Positions 9,551 to 19,167 of a stretch of 64,000 nucleotides of DNA are shown piece by piece (position 1 is the stretch's first letter; every line of letters begins with the position of its first letter). The translations under genes were made by a program, and so were the position numbers. Source of the DNA: Thermoplasmata archaeon (lineage in GTDB: Archaea > Thermoplasmatota > Thermoplasmata > RBG-16-68-12 > JAFNFQ01); the NCBI GenBank assembly GCA_041489255.1, contig JBGPQV010000003.1, forward strand, positions 1-64,000, written 5' to 3'. A model generated the notes under the pieces. That model had not been told where the DNA came from, made no database searches, and worked only from the letters and a program-made list of their open reading frames with translations.

Positions 9551-10948
9551 TCACACCATGAATACGGTGAGAATGCCCACGATGACCATCGCGCCCGCCG
9601 CGACCTGCCTCATCAGGCTGGTGTGCCCGCGCTCCCACTTCGTGACCTGGCGGGCGAGCCTGCGGTTGGAGACGACGACAAGGATGATGACCAGCGGGAG
9701 GATGAACGCGATGTTGTACAGGTAGAGGTAGCCGAGGCCCTCCCAGTAGGTTGTCTTCGCGGCGAGCAAGGAGAGCACCGCAACATAGATGCCCCCGGAG
9801 CAGGGGAACGTGCACAGCCCGACAAGGAAGCCCGCGACCCCCGCCGCGGAGTCCGTCCCCCGGTACATCCACTTCTGCACCCTCGCCCACATGAACTTGG
9901 GCATGTGGAACGGGTTCGGGACCTTCGGCAAGAACGGCTGGATGATCACGAAGATGCCCATGGCGGCGACCATGACACCCGCCACTCGCGCGAGCAGATG
10001 CGGGTCTCCTGAGATCATGATTGCACGAAGCAGACCGAGACCGATGAGGAAGTAAGCGAGGAACACCGCGTAGATGTACAAAGAGCCCATCCTGCCCACC
10101 TCGACCCGGGGGCGGCGGGTGACGTACAGGAGGGAGACGAAGAACAGCAGGACCGCGAACGCGCAGGGGTTCAGCCCGTCGATGAAGCCTGTGCCCACCA
10201 CGAGCGGGAGAAGCGCGACATCCGAATGCGGGGCGGTCGGTTGCGTCGATATGAACCACGACACATACACTGAAAGCGGGGTGCCGATCGAGTACTGCTG
10301 CGCCTCGCCCGCGAAAGCCCACGCGCGGTAGTCCGTGACGGTGCCCATGGAATCCTGGTAGACCAGGATGGGCCCGGTCTCATTCGATGCGGCGATTGTC
10401 TGCAGCATGAGATCGCCGGGGATGTGTCCTTCGAGCACCGTCAGATTCGTACCCTTCACGAAGGTGACGAGGTGGCTCTGGAGGTTGAACGGGATGGCCA
10501 GGGCGTCGTTGAGGACTCGGAGTTCCTGGCGGTACTGCGGTTCGTTGATGTAATCCTTCACGACGACGGGGGATATTCCCGCCGCCTCCAGGGTTGGTCG
10601 CAATTCCCCCGCCAGGTAGGTCGCGCAGTCCGAGCACGCCTCGTTGTAGTAGATAGTCGCGCCCTGAGCGAGGACGACGTTCGGCGGTGGCGAGATCTTC
10701 AACTGTGCGACGGCGGACGCGGCGAACAGCACGGTGGATATCACTATCATCCCAAGGAGGAACTGCCGCCAGCTCCCGCGCGATTTGGCGGGCCGGTCGG
10801 CCTCAAGAGGTTCAGCCGCAGCGTCCCCTGAGGGTTCTGGGACATTGGCGTCAACACTGTGGCAGGGTGGCGTGTCGACTTTGGCTTCAGGAACCACCTC
10901 GACCTCCGCCCCATCCTCGCCGTGACAGTCGGGCATCTCAGGCCTCAT
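9551..10948 (-). CDS. Thioredoxin-like domain plus CcdA/DsbD-type transmembrane domain
   Basis: YYNEACSDC CxxC; GFIDGLNPCAF and LCTFPCSGGIY membrane Cys motifs; alternative start 10936. Confidence 0.8.
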   Translation of the reverse strand: MRPEMPDCHGEDGAEVEVVPEAKVDTPPCHSVDANVPEPSGDAAAEPLEADRPAKSRGSWRQFLLGMIVISTVLFAASAVAQLKISPPPNVVLAQGATIYYNEACSDCATYLAGELRPTLEAAGISPVVVKDYINEPQYRQELRVLNDALAIPFNLQSHLVTFVKGTNLTVLEGHIPGDLMLQTIAASNETGPILVYQDSMGTVTDYRAWAFAGEAQQYSIGTPLSVYVSWFISTQPTAPHSDVALLPLVVGTGFIDGLNPCAFAVLLFFVSLLYVTRRPRVEVGRMGSLYIYAVFLAYFLIGLGLLRAIMISGDPHLLARVAGVMVAAMGIFVIIQPFLPKVPNPFHMPKFMWARVQKWMYRGTDSAAGVAGFLVGLCTFPCSGGIYVAVLSLLAAKTTYWEGLGYLYLYNIAFILPLVIILVVVSNRRLARQVTKWERGHTSLMRQVAAGAMVIVGILTVFMV

Positions 10949-11546
10949 GGACCTGGATCACGAACTCAGCCTCGGGATTCCCGGGGTCGTCCGTCTTCAG
11001 AAAGATGGAGCGCTCCCCGACGTACATGTCAGGCATTTCCGTCGCGTCGTAGTATACCGAGAGCTTGGCGGTTGCGCCCGGAGCTAGTCTGCCGGTCCAA
11101 GCGGGATTGTTGTGCATGCCGAACTGCGGGCTCTGGCCCCCGCCGATCTCGACGCGGGCGGTAGTGCAGCCGCAAGAGGTCCATGCACCAACGATCAATA
11201 GCGGACCCTCCCCGACATTCTGGAAAGTGAAGTCATGCTCAGAGACGGCCTGCGGGACTTGACCGAAGTCGTAGTATGCGTGGTCCGCGTAGACCCTGCC
11301 CTGCCCCCCTTTTGCCCCGCCGGTGACTGCGAAGTAGATCCCAGCGACGAGGACGGCCGCAATTAGCACCGCCACCAGGGGCCCCCATGGCTTCGCCTTC
11401 CGATGCACGGCAGGCGCTTTGGGCAAGTACAGGTCGGCATATATCCGTCGTGGAATGCTCGGATGGACCCGCCCTAGATGCTTTACGAGATTCTCCTCCT
11501 TCACCAGTTGTCCGCACTCAGGGCACTTCTTGCGCATCTTTTCCAC
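10938..11546 (-). CDS. DUF1573-like Ig-fold protein with N-terminal C2H2 zinc finger and TM anchor
   Basis: CPEC..HLGRVH; TM; YDFGQV..F.NVG..TSCGCT..LAPG. Confidence 0.8.
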   Translation of the reverse strand: MEKMRKKCPECGQLVKEENLVKHLGRVHPSIPRRIYADLYLPKAPAVHRKAKPWGPLVAVLIAAVLVAGIYFAVTGGAKGGQGRVYADHAYYDFGQVPQAVSEHDFTFQNVGEGPLLIVGAWTSCGCTTARVEIGGGQSPQFGMHNNPAWTGRLAPGATAKLSVYYDATEMPDMYVGERSIFLKTDDPGNPEAEFVIQVHEA

Positions 11547-11556
11547 CTCACCGACT

Positions 11557-11889
11557 CTAATGCCTTCCCGCCAAATCCGAGCGGATCGCCAGGTACTCGT
11601 CGCGGCTCAACTCCCCGCGCGCATAGCGCTGGTTGAGGACTTCCATGGGGTTCGCGGGTTCAGCGGGGTAATCCGTCAAGCCCCGGAGAGCCGCCATGAG
11701 GACGATCATCAAGATGGCGATAGGCACCGCCATCATCGCTATGCCCCATCCCCAGGATCCAGTCCCCATCATGCCGTAGTAGCCGCCGTTCGCGGTCACG
11801 CTCAGGACGCCGAAGACCGCCATCGGCGCGATGGCCACTCCGAGCGCAATCCCCAACCAACCTAGCGGGCTCACCTTCCGTAGCGACAT
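11557..11889 (-). CDS. SHOCT-domain membrane protein
   Basis: Two TM, YGMMG, EVLNQRYARGELSRDEY. Confidence 0.85.
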   Translation of the reverse strand: MSLRKVSPLGWLGIALGVAIAPMAVFGVLSVTANGGYYGMMGTGSWGWGIAMMAVPIAILMIVLMAALRGLTDYPAEPANPMEVLNQRYARGELSRDEYLAIRSDLAGRH

Positions 11890-11998
11890 ATCGGTGCCTC
11901 CCTTGCCGAGGCGTATACATAATCAGATGGAAGAGCCCTTGAAAGCTGCGCTCTCTGGACGACAAGCAATTGCAGGACCCTGCAAGAAGCCTGAAAGA

Positions 11999-12526
11999 CT
12001 AGGCCTGATCCAGGGTGAGGCGGACGCGGTTCGACATGCCCTGCCTCTCCCGCCTCACCAGGCCGCGCTCTTCGAGACGGTCCAGGAGTCGGCTCACCTT
12101 CGCCTCGGAGAAGGCCGTGATCCGGACGAGGTCACGCTGCAAGATGTTCCCCTTGGCCTCCACGATGACTTTCATCATTCGCCGCTCATCGCCGTCGAGC
12201 AGCCGGATTGCCAGATTCTGGTAGGCCAGGTCTGCTTGGCCCTCCGCGCGCCCCTGATCCGGAGGTGCGGCTTGCAACGGAGCGGTTCCAGGATTGGGCT
12301 GCTCAACCGGCGCGCGTGTCAGGAACAGGTACGCGAGGGCGATTCCCGCGATCAGGGCGGCGATGAGGATGAATATGCTCACGAACACGATGATCGGCTC
12401 AGGTAGGCTCTCGTGAGGAACGACGAGGGGGATGGCGATGAGGAGCACGAGCAGCGCGAGTGTGCCGACAAGGACGGTGAGTGCGAGGGTCCTCGTGCGG
12501 TGGGCAGGGTCTCCTGACTCTACCAT
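11999..12526 (-). CDS. Membrane-anchored winged-helix transcriptional regulator
   Basis: Two TM, then LDGDERR..ILQRDLV..FSEAKVSRLLDRLEERGLV.RER.GMSN; SD GGAGG before ATG 12526. Confidence 0.85.
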   Translation of the reverse strand: MVESGDPAHRTRTLALTVLVGTLALLVLLIAIPLVVPHESLPEPIIVFVSIFILIAALIAGIALAYLFLTRAPVEQPNPGTAPLQAAPPDQGRAEGQADLAYQNLAIRLLDGDERRMMKVIVEAKGNILQRDLVRITAFSEAKVSRLLDRLEERGLVRRERQGMSNRVRLTLDQA

Positions 12527-12694
12527 CAAGCCCCTCCAAGCCGCAGAACCTCTTAAAAGCCTTCGGATATGCGCCGCCATCACCGCGACCAGAGCCGTGC
12601 AGCTCCGCTATTTAGATGCGGTTGCTTATTGGGGATACGACGAATAGATGCGCTCTGGGAGGCTGGAAAGCCATGAGCGGAATCAAATGCCCCG

Positions 12695-13534
12695 CTAGGT
12701 TCGCGGATAGAACCCGAAGAATTCATTGATCTGCATGTCCTCGGGGATTCTCTCCCCGTGCGTCCCCTTTCCAGTGACCCGGTCAATATGGGCCCCGTGA
12801 TCGGTCATCCACATCAGGGCGACATCCTTGTCACCCCAGACCTCTTTCATCTCTGTGGCCAAGCGATCGAAGTCGCGCACGTGATTTCGCAACGCTCGCA
12901 GCGACCGCGGGCTCTCCGGCACGGTCTTGTGCATCACATCATCGTACCCCTGATTGTACGCAACGATGAAATCGTGGGAACCGGATGCGAGGAGTCTCAA
13001 CGCCCTCTCGATCACTTCGTCGTCATATGGCTCGATGAAGTAGTCGATCTTCCTGCCACGGAAAATGATCGACACGCTGCAATCCTCCACTGCCACGATC
13101 GCGACCTTCTTCCCGCCACGCGCCAATGCGTCGAATAGTGTGTCGCATGTCAAGACCGGCCTCTCGTACTTCCTGATGCCATGGGCTCTGGGCTGGGCGC
13201 CGGTGAAGATCGACGCAAAGCAGACAGGCGTCTTTGGCGGGAAGACGGAACTCAGTTGGACCCGGATGGGCGCGTTGCGCGTCACCTGCGAGAAAGCCGA
13301 ATTGTGGCGGTTGAATAGGGAGCTCCCGATCGCGTCTGCAGCGTAGATCAGGCACTTCTCGACAGTCCTGGATACGAACGCGCGCTTGGCGGCCCTCATC
13401 ACATCATCAAGTGGCGGACCATTTGCGAGCGCTGGCGGTTCGATCCCCATCAATGCTGAAATCGTCGGCGAGATGGAGGTTATGCTCCTCATCTTCGGTT
13501 GTCTTCTGTGGAGCGCCTCTAGGCTTTTCTGCAT
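12695..13534 (-). CDS. Alkaline phosphatase superfamily protein (PglZ/NPP-like)
   Basis: DA..PPKTPVCFASIFTGA.P..HG, DDVMH, TDHGAH, THG metal ligands. Confidence 0.8.
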   Translation of the reverse strand: MQKSLEALHRRQPKMRSITSISPTISALMGIEPPALANGPPLDDVMRAAKRAFVSRTVEKCLIYAADAIGSSLFNRHNSAFSQVTRNAPIRVQLSSVFPPKTPVCFASIFTGAQPRAHGIRKYERPVLTCDTLFDALARGGKKVAIVAVEDCSVSIIFRGRKIDYFIEPYDDEVIERALRLLASGSHDFIVAYNQGYDDVMHKTVPESPRSLRALRNHVRDFDRLATEMKEVWGDKDVALMWMTDHGAHIDRVTGKGTHGERIPEDMQINEFFGFYPRT

Positions 13535-13665
13535 TTATACATGTGCGCTCAAGCTGAGCCCGACTTTGACTCTCTGAGAACACTGTCCGCATCCTCGCCG
13601 GCGAGGTTATTAATAGAAACTCGACGCTGTAAAGTACCATAGAGCCCGCCATTGGAGGATGTCAA

Positions 13666-14592
13666 TTGTCCGACTCGTTCAGGAGCCTTGTGCCAGCCGC
13701 GAGAGAGCCAGTCACTCCGGTCGATTTGTTGGAGAGCAGGGAACTTTCCCCGAAGATGATGGCCTATCTCTGGCTCGCCGTCGATAACAAGATGTCTATC
13801 GTGTTCTGCGGTTCGAGGAATCTGGACAAATCGCGATACCTGGACGCTTTGTCCTTCTTCATTCCCGGAGAGGCGAGCGTGGCGAGCATCTCGGTGGGGC
13901 ACGAATGGGCTGTCCCTCACGGCAATTGGCAGGACGTGAGACTGAGCAGCGCGGAGGAGATGCCCCCGCACATCTGGGGCTCACAGGCCAAGAAGTCGGA
14001 CTATCTCGTGATAGAGAGGCTCGAGAGAATCGGACTCGCGATGGCTCCATTCCCGATGGCCGCAGGCAAGTCCGTCTGCTCCGCAGTCGATTTCGAAGAC
14101 CTCGACGACTTTGTCAAGTCCGCGACAGGCACGACCCCGCTCATGCACAAGGTGCAGCTGACGTCTTTGAATATGATCGCGACTGTCAAGGGTACGCCGG
14201 ACACCGACTCGACCGGGAACAGCGAAGGGACATCGCACCCCTCGAACCAGAAAGTGGCGATCATCACGGAAATGGTCGGCTACAACCAAACCACCGACAA
14301 GATCGTCGTGAACGAGCCATACTGGTGGGAGAAGAAGGGGAAGGAATCCGCTCCACACCAGTTCGACTGGTTCTTCTTCTCCGGACACAGCTTCCTCTAC
14401 GAGATGATGATGGACCAGAAGAAGAGCGAGCCGGCGGAAATCCTCTCGGAAATCGCCGCGTACGCACGAGATCCGATTGCCGTCAGCCGCAGATGCTCCG
14501 AGAGCCTGCAAGGTGTCGTGCTGCCCATCGACGGAGCGATGCAGAACGGGACTCCGTTGCCCAGAACGAAGGCGAGGCTCAGGGAGATTTAA
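13666..14592 (+). CDS. Degenerate type II/IV secretion (FlaI/PilB-like) ATPase C-terminal domain
   Basis: PVTPVDLL..MMAYLWLAVDN..LDALSFFIP..PHGNW matches archaeal T4P ATPases, but Walker A reads GSRNLDKS and the Asp/His boxes are lost. Confidence 0.65.
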   Translation: MSDSFRSLVPAAREPVTPVDLLESRELSPKMMAYLWLAVDNKMSIVFCGSRNLDKSRYLDALSFFIPGEASVASISVGHEWAVPHGNWQDVRLSSAEEMPPHIWGSQAKKSDYLVIERLERIGLAMAPFPMAAGKSVCSAVDFEDLDDFVKSATGTTPLMHKVQLTSLNMIATVKGTPDTDSTGNSEGTSHPSNQKVAIITEMVGYNQTTDKIVVNEPYWWEKKGKESAPHQFDWFFFSGHSFLYEMMMDQKKSEPAEILSEIAAYARDPIAVSRRCSESLQGVVLPIDGAMQNGTPLPRTKARLREI

Positions 14593-14618
14593 ACAGAATC
14601 CACCGCGAGCTAGGCGGT

Positions 14619-15500
14619 TCACGCGTTCTCGTGCCCGCAGTTCTCTTCCTCTATCTGTATCGTCGTGTGCTCGATTCCGTGCTCCTTCTTGAGATGCTCG
14701 GTAATCATCCGCAGCACGCTCGCGCTCTTGGGCCTCGCTTCCTCGTCAAGGACTATGTGCGCGCTCATCGCGTGGCAGTTCGAGCAGATGCTCCACACGT
14801 GCATGTCGTGCACCTCCTTCACCCCGCCGATCTCGCGTATCTCCTGGGCCAGGTGCTCGGGGGCCATGTGGCGCGGCACTTTTTCCAGCAGGATCTCAAC
14901 AGATTCCACGAGTATCCTGAGCGAGCCGACAGCGATGAGTGCGGCAATCATGAAGCTGAGCACCGGGTCGATCCAGTAGACCTGCCCCAGCTCTATCGCG
15001 ATACCGCCAACCACCACGGCCACTGAGCTGAACGCGTCGCCAAGCACGTGGAGATACGCGCTCCTGACGTTCAGGTTCGTGAATCCCCTGATCCGCCACG
15101 CGACGAATAGATTCGCGAAGAGGCCGATGACGGCCACGGAAAGCATGACGACTCCTTGGATTTGCGGTGGGCTTTGGAATCTCCCGTAGGCGAAGTAGAA
15201 AATCAGCGCAGCGATGACTATCAGGCTGAGCCCGTTGGCCAAAGAGGCTAGCACCTCCGCCCTGTGCAGGCCGAATGTCGCCTCCTCAGTGGCGGGCCTC
15301 ATCGCCAAGCGCACGGCGTAATAGCTCAGCGCGAGCGCGAAGACGTCGAGGAAGACATGACCGGAGTCTGAGAGGAGGGCGAGGCTGTTGGAGATGACTC
15401 CGCCCGCCACCTCGACAGCGAAAGTCGCTACTGATAGGATGATTGCCAGACGAAGGCCTTTGGATATCGTTTGCTCATCTTCGGTCGAGTGATGCGCCAT
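14619..15500 (-). CDS. Cation diffusion facilitator (CzcD/ZitB-like)
   Basis: SNSLALLSDSGHVFLD, NVRSAYLHVLGD, VHDMHVWS, HTTIQIE. Confidence 0.93.
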   Translation of the reverse strand: MAHHSTEDEQTISKGLRLAIILSVATFAVEVAGGVISNSLALLSDSGHVFLDVFALALSYYAVRLAMRPATEEATFGLHRAEVLASLANGLSLIVIAALIFYFAYGRFQSPPQIQGVVMLSVAVIGLFANLFVAWRIRGFTNLNVRSAYLHVLGDAFSSVAVVVGGIAIELGQVYWIDPVLSFMIAALIAVGSLRILVESVEILLEKVPRHMAPEHLAQEIREIGGVKEVHDMHVWSICSNCHAMSAHIVLDEEARPKSASVLRMITEHLKKEHGIEHTTIQIEEENCGHENA

Positions 15501-15694
15501 CAGTACAGTCACCAAGAGCGGCCACAGGTTTATGGAGTTTTTGTGATTGGACTCCGGCGCGATTCTCACGGGAGATAGCGATTTCACCTGAGCAAGATTT
15601 ATTTTTAGTTATTTATATTAGTTGAAGGATGCTTCGCGCGGGAATGAATTCAAATACTTGGAACGCCATATAGAACTTGGAGGCAAGACACCAA

Positions 15695-15742
15695 TTGCCT
15701 AAGAAGATACCGAAGAAGAAAGGAAAGAAAAGCCACAAGTGA
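15695..15742 (+). CDS. Putative 15-aa Lys-rich micropeptide MPKKIPKKKGKKSHK
   Basis: AT-rich box upstream, GGAGG at 15679-15683, TTG start, TGA stop, downstream hairpin. Confidence 0.4.
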   Translation: MPKKIPKKKGKKSHK

Positions 15743-15815
15743 CATTAGTCCTTGCGGACGATGACTGCGACAGATTCTGATTTGACTCCTGTCGCGAAAT
15801 GAACTTTCTTAGGTG

Positions 15816-16745
15816 TCATTTTTTTCTCTTTCTCTCTTCAGTTGCCATGACATGAGCCCGTCTGATTGGCTCAGGCACTCGGGAAAGGCACACCGCTCTC
15901 GTCAGCCTCAGGGCGGTCTTCGGGGTGATCATGTTCCCGGGTGAGATGAAGATTGGGTGCTTCGATTCTGAGGAGCGAAATGCGTAACCCATTATCCTCC
16001 CGCCGATTCTCACGGGGACCGCCGCGCCTTTCCCGATGACCTTCGAATTGATCTCGCCCACCAGGTGGCTCTTCCCGATGCCGATCGTCGGGATCTTGGC
16101 GGTGATTCCCAGTTGAGCGGCGATTCCGCACTTGGCAGGATGCAGAATTCCGTGACCGTCGACGAACAGCAGCGACGGTTTTGCAGGGAGAGAACGTAGC
16201 GCCATGAGGAGCGGCGGGAGTTCCCTGAACGCGAGGTAGCCGGGGATGTAGGGAAAGGCCACCTCGACTTCCGCGATGGCGTCGGCGATTGTGTGAAGGC
16301 TCTCTGAGTCCATGAGCACCGCCGCGGCGACCGCGCGATCCTCGTTGTATGAGACGTCGACTCCCGCAACGGTGCGCGGCTTCCGCACGCCATCCCGGAG
16401 AACGACTCGCTTTGCGCACTTGCGCTGGATGTTACGCAGCCGCTGGAGCGGACGATTGGTCGCGAATTCCCTGAAGGCGAATCGCTCAGCGCCCGTCACA
16501 GTGAGCCCCGACACCGCCAAGCCATCTCTCTTCAGCGCCGCCAACGTACCAGGGAGGATCGGCGAGCCGTCCGCTTTCAGAACCCTCTTCGCCTCGCCGC
16601 AACTCACGCTGATCCTCGCGAGCGCCTTCGGGAGCGCCACCGCCGCCGCCCTGTCGCCGAGGGCCTGGGCGATATCTCCCAGGAATGCAATCTTGCCCGT
16701 GGGTATCTGAGCGACCAGGTCCTCCAAGGCCGAGTAGAAGTCCAC
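15816..16745 (-). CDS. nfi: Endonuclease V with N-terminal alkyltransferase-like domain
   Basis: GVDVSY, PYIPGYLAFRE, VDGHGILHP, PIFISPG, PEPIRRAH; N-terminal QIPTGK..GDIAQALG AGT-like HTH lacking PCHR. Confidence 0.88.
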   Translation of the reverse strand: MDFYSALEDLVAQIPTGKIAFLGDIAQALGDRAAAVALPKALARISVSCGEAKRVLKADGSPILPGTLAALKRDGLAVSGLTVTGAERFAFREFATNRPLQRLRNIQRKCAKRVVLRDGVRKPRTVAGVDVSYNEDRAVAAAVLMDSESLHTIADAIAEVEVAFPYIPGYLAFRELPPLLMALRSLPAKPSLLFVDGHGILHPAKCGIAAQLGITAKIPTIGIGKSHLVGEINSKVIGKGAAVPVRIGGRIMGYAFRSSESKHPIFISPGNMITPKTALRLTRAVCLSRVPEPIRRAHVMATEERKRKK

Positions 16746-16838
16746 GTTCCGTCAGCTCACTCATTGACGATAAGCGTAGCGCCTTTCCTGCTAGATAGAT
16801 GAATGTTTAAGTCGGGAGAGGAATTGCGCCGGCAGAGA

Positions 16839-18125
16839 ATGTCACTGCTCTTGAGGGGAGGATTCGTAGTCACGCAGGACGCGCAGCGCCGCGTCGTCAA
16901 GGGCGATGTGCTCGTGGAAGGCGGGAAGATCACCGCCGTCGGGAATGTCAGCGACGAGGCGGACGAGGTCATCGACTGCACCGACTGCGCAGTCATACCT
17001 GGTCTGATCGACACGCACAATCACGTGGCGAACACCCTGATGCGCGGGCTTGCCGACGACGTCCCGCTGGAGAAGATGCTGGAGAAGACGTTCGCCGTCG
17101 ACGCGCACTTCACGCGTCGGGACGTGCAGGCGGGCGCTCTATTGGGCTGCATCGAGATGATGAAGAACGGGGTCACTAGCTTCGTCGACCTGTTCTATTG
17201 GGAAGACGAGGTGGCCCGCGCCGCTCGCGAATCTGGAATCCGCGCTTTCCTCGCATGGGTCATTCTCGATCAGGAGTTCACCACGCAGAAGGGCAGTCCC
17301 CTGAAGAACGCGGAGGCCTTCATCAAGAAGGTCAAGGGCGAGGAGAGGATTACTCCGATGGCGGGGCTGCAAGGAGTGTACGTCTGCTCCGAGGAGACCT
17401 ACCGTGCGACGAGGGAGATGGCTGACCGGGAGGGAGTAATGATGCACACGCACCTCTCTGAGACCCGCCCCGAGGTCTACAATCACCAGAAGAAGCACGG
17501 GCTCAGGCCCGTCGAATGGCTGGAGAAGATAGGCTTCCTCTCGGACAGGCTTCTCGCCGCCCACTGCGTCTGGGTCACACTCAATGAAGTCCGTGTCCTC
17601 GCCCGCCACGGGGTGAAGGTGAGCCACTGCCCCGTCAGCAACATGAAGCTCGCCTCCGGCGGCTATGCGCCCCTTCCCGAGATGTTCCAGGAAAACGTGG
17701 CGGTCTCCCTCGGGACCGACAGCCCGGTGAGCAACAACGGCCTGGACATGTTCTCAGACATGAAGGTCTGCTCCCTGATGCACAAGGCGAGCAGGTGGGA
17801 CGCATCGGTGATGCCCGCGCAGAAGGTCTTCGACCTTTGCACCGTCGACGCGGCGCGCTGCTTGGGGCGGTCGGATCTTGGCTCGATCGAAATCGGGAAG
17901 ACGGCTGACCTAGCTGTTATCGATTTGAAACAACCACATGCGACGCCTTTTTATCTCGATAACGTCTTGTCCCACCTTGTCTACAGCTGTCGAGGAAGCG
18001 ATGTCAAGGTGACCATAATCGGCGGCGATGTGGTCGTGCGTGACCACAGGGTCACGAGCGTCGACGAGGCAGACGCGGTCGAGAGAGCGCAGAAGGCCAC
18101 AGCGGAGATTCTTGAGGAAATCTGA
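16839..18125 (+). CDS. Amidohydrolase, MTA/SAH deaminase family
   Basis: PGLIDTHNH, HTHLSET, AAHCVW, HCPVSNMKLASG, LGTDS. Confidence 0.88.
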   Translation: MSLLLRGGFVVTQDAQRRVVKGDVLVEGGKITAVGNVSDEADEVIDCTDCAVIPGLIDTHNHVANTLMRGLADDVPLEKMLEKTFAVDAHFTRRDVQAGALLGCIEMMKNGVTSFVDLFYWEDEVARAARESGIRAFLAWVILDQEFTTQKGSPLKNAEAFIKKVKGEERITPMAGLQGVYVCSEETYRATREMADREGVMMHTHLSETRPEVYNHQKKHGLRPVEWLEKIGFLSDRLLAAHCVWVTLNEVRVLARHGVKVSHCPVSNMKLASGGYAPLPEMFQENVAVSLGTDSPVSNNGLDMFSDMKVCSLMHKASRWDASVMPAQKVFDLCTVDAARCLGRSDLGSIEIGKTADLAVIDLKQPHATPFYLDNVLSHLVYSCRGSDVKVTIIGGDVVVRDHRVTSVDEADAVERAQKATAEILEEI

Positions 18126-18781
18126 TGCTCTGCGGTATTGATGAAGCTGGGCGCGGTCCGGTGCTCGGGCCGATGGTCGTTGCAGGCATTCTCATAGAGA
18201 ACGATGCGCCGCTGCGCCAGCTCAACGTGAGGGATAGTAAGAAACTCACTCCGGAGAAGCGGGAAGCCCTCGCCCCCGAGATCATGAAATTGGTGAAGTT
18301 CGAAATCGTCGTCGTCTCGGCCGAGGACATCGACTTGATGCGCGCTCAGATGAGCCTCAACGACTTCGAGGCGAAGATATTCGCGACGATTATCGAGAAG
18401 TTGAACCCCGAGACAGCTTACGTTGACGCGGCCGACGTGGACGAGATCGAGTTCAAGAAGATGATCTTGAACGAACTGAAGAAGCCTGTCGACGTCGTGT
18501 CGAAGCACTACGCCGACGAGCTGTTCCCCGTCGTCTCCGCGGCCTCGATATTAGCGAAGGTCAGGAGGGACGCGGAGGTCAGGAAAATCGAGGCGGAATT
18601 CGGAAAGCCCATTGGGAGCGGCTACCCCTCCGATCAAATCACGATGACGTTCCTGGAGGAATGGCTCAAGGAAAAGGGCACGCTCCCGCCACACTGCAGG
18701 CAGTCTTGGGACACATGCAAGAGGCTGCTCACCGCATCGAAGATGCACAAGCTCGAGGAGTACCAGGAGGCGAAGAAGTGA
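18125..18781 (+). CDS. rnhB: Ribonuclease HII
   Basis: GIDEAGRGPVLGP, DSKKL, VSAASILAK, GSGYPSD. Confidence 0.96.
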   Translation: MLCGIDEAGRGPVLGPMVVAGILIENDAPLRQLNVRDSKKLTPEKREALAPEIMKLVKFEIVVVSAEDIDLMRAQMSLNDFEAKIFATIIEKLNPETAYVDAADVDEIEFKKMILNELKKPVDVVSKHYADELFPVVSAASILAKVRRDAEVRKIEAEFGKPIGSGYPSDQITMTFLEEWLKEKGTLPPHCRQSWDTCKRLLTASKMHKLEEYQEAKK

Positions 18782-19107
18782 GAGAACTGCTGGAGAAGAC
18801 CGTCGCGAGGTTCAACGAGAAGGCGAGGACCGATGAGAAGCTCAGGAGCGAAATGGCGGGAGTCGAGCGCAAGGTCCTCCTCGACCTCAAGGACGGCACC
18901 ATGTACAACTTCTTGCTGAAGGACGCCCATGTCGATGGCGTGCATGACGGGACCGTCGACTCGCCCGACATAACGATCATCGCGGACAGGGGAACACTGG
19001 AGGCGCTGTTCAAGCGTGAGATTGGACCGATGAAGGCCATCGCCCTCCAGAAGTTGAAAGTCAGGGCCTCGATAGAGGACATGCTCCGCCTCAGGAAGTT
19101 CTTCTGA
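18778..19107 (+). CDS. SCP2 sterol-carrier domain protein
   Basis: PDITI..LEALF..IGPMKA...KLKV.ASIEDMLRL; GTGA overlap with rnhB, SD GGAGG. Confidence 0.8.
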   Translation: MRELLEKTVARFNEKARTDEKLRSEMAGVERKVLLDLKDGTMYNFLLKDAHVDGVHDGTVDSPDITIIADRGTLEALFKREIGPMKAIALQKLKVRASIEDMLRLRKFF

Positions 19108-19167
19108 GAGTCGAATGCGCCGCCATCTCGATACCTTTAATATCGACGTATCTTTGAGGAGCCTCGC

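Noticed and set aside
13905-15026. 373-aa alternative-frame ORF and similar shadow ORFs (e.g. 9480-10322, 20314-21207, 23373-24272, 50978-51871)
   Set aside because: They overlap well-supported genes; Arg-rich or antisense artefacts of high-GC codon bias.
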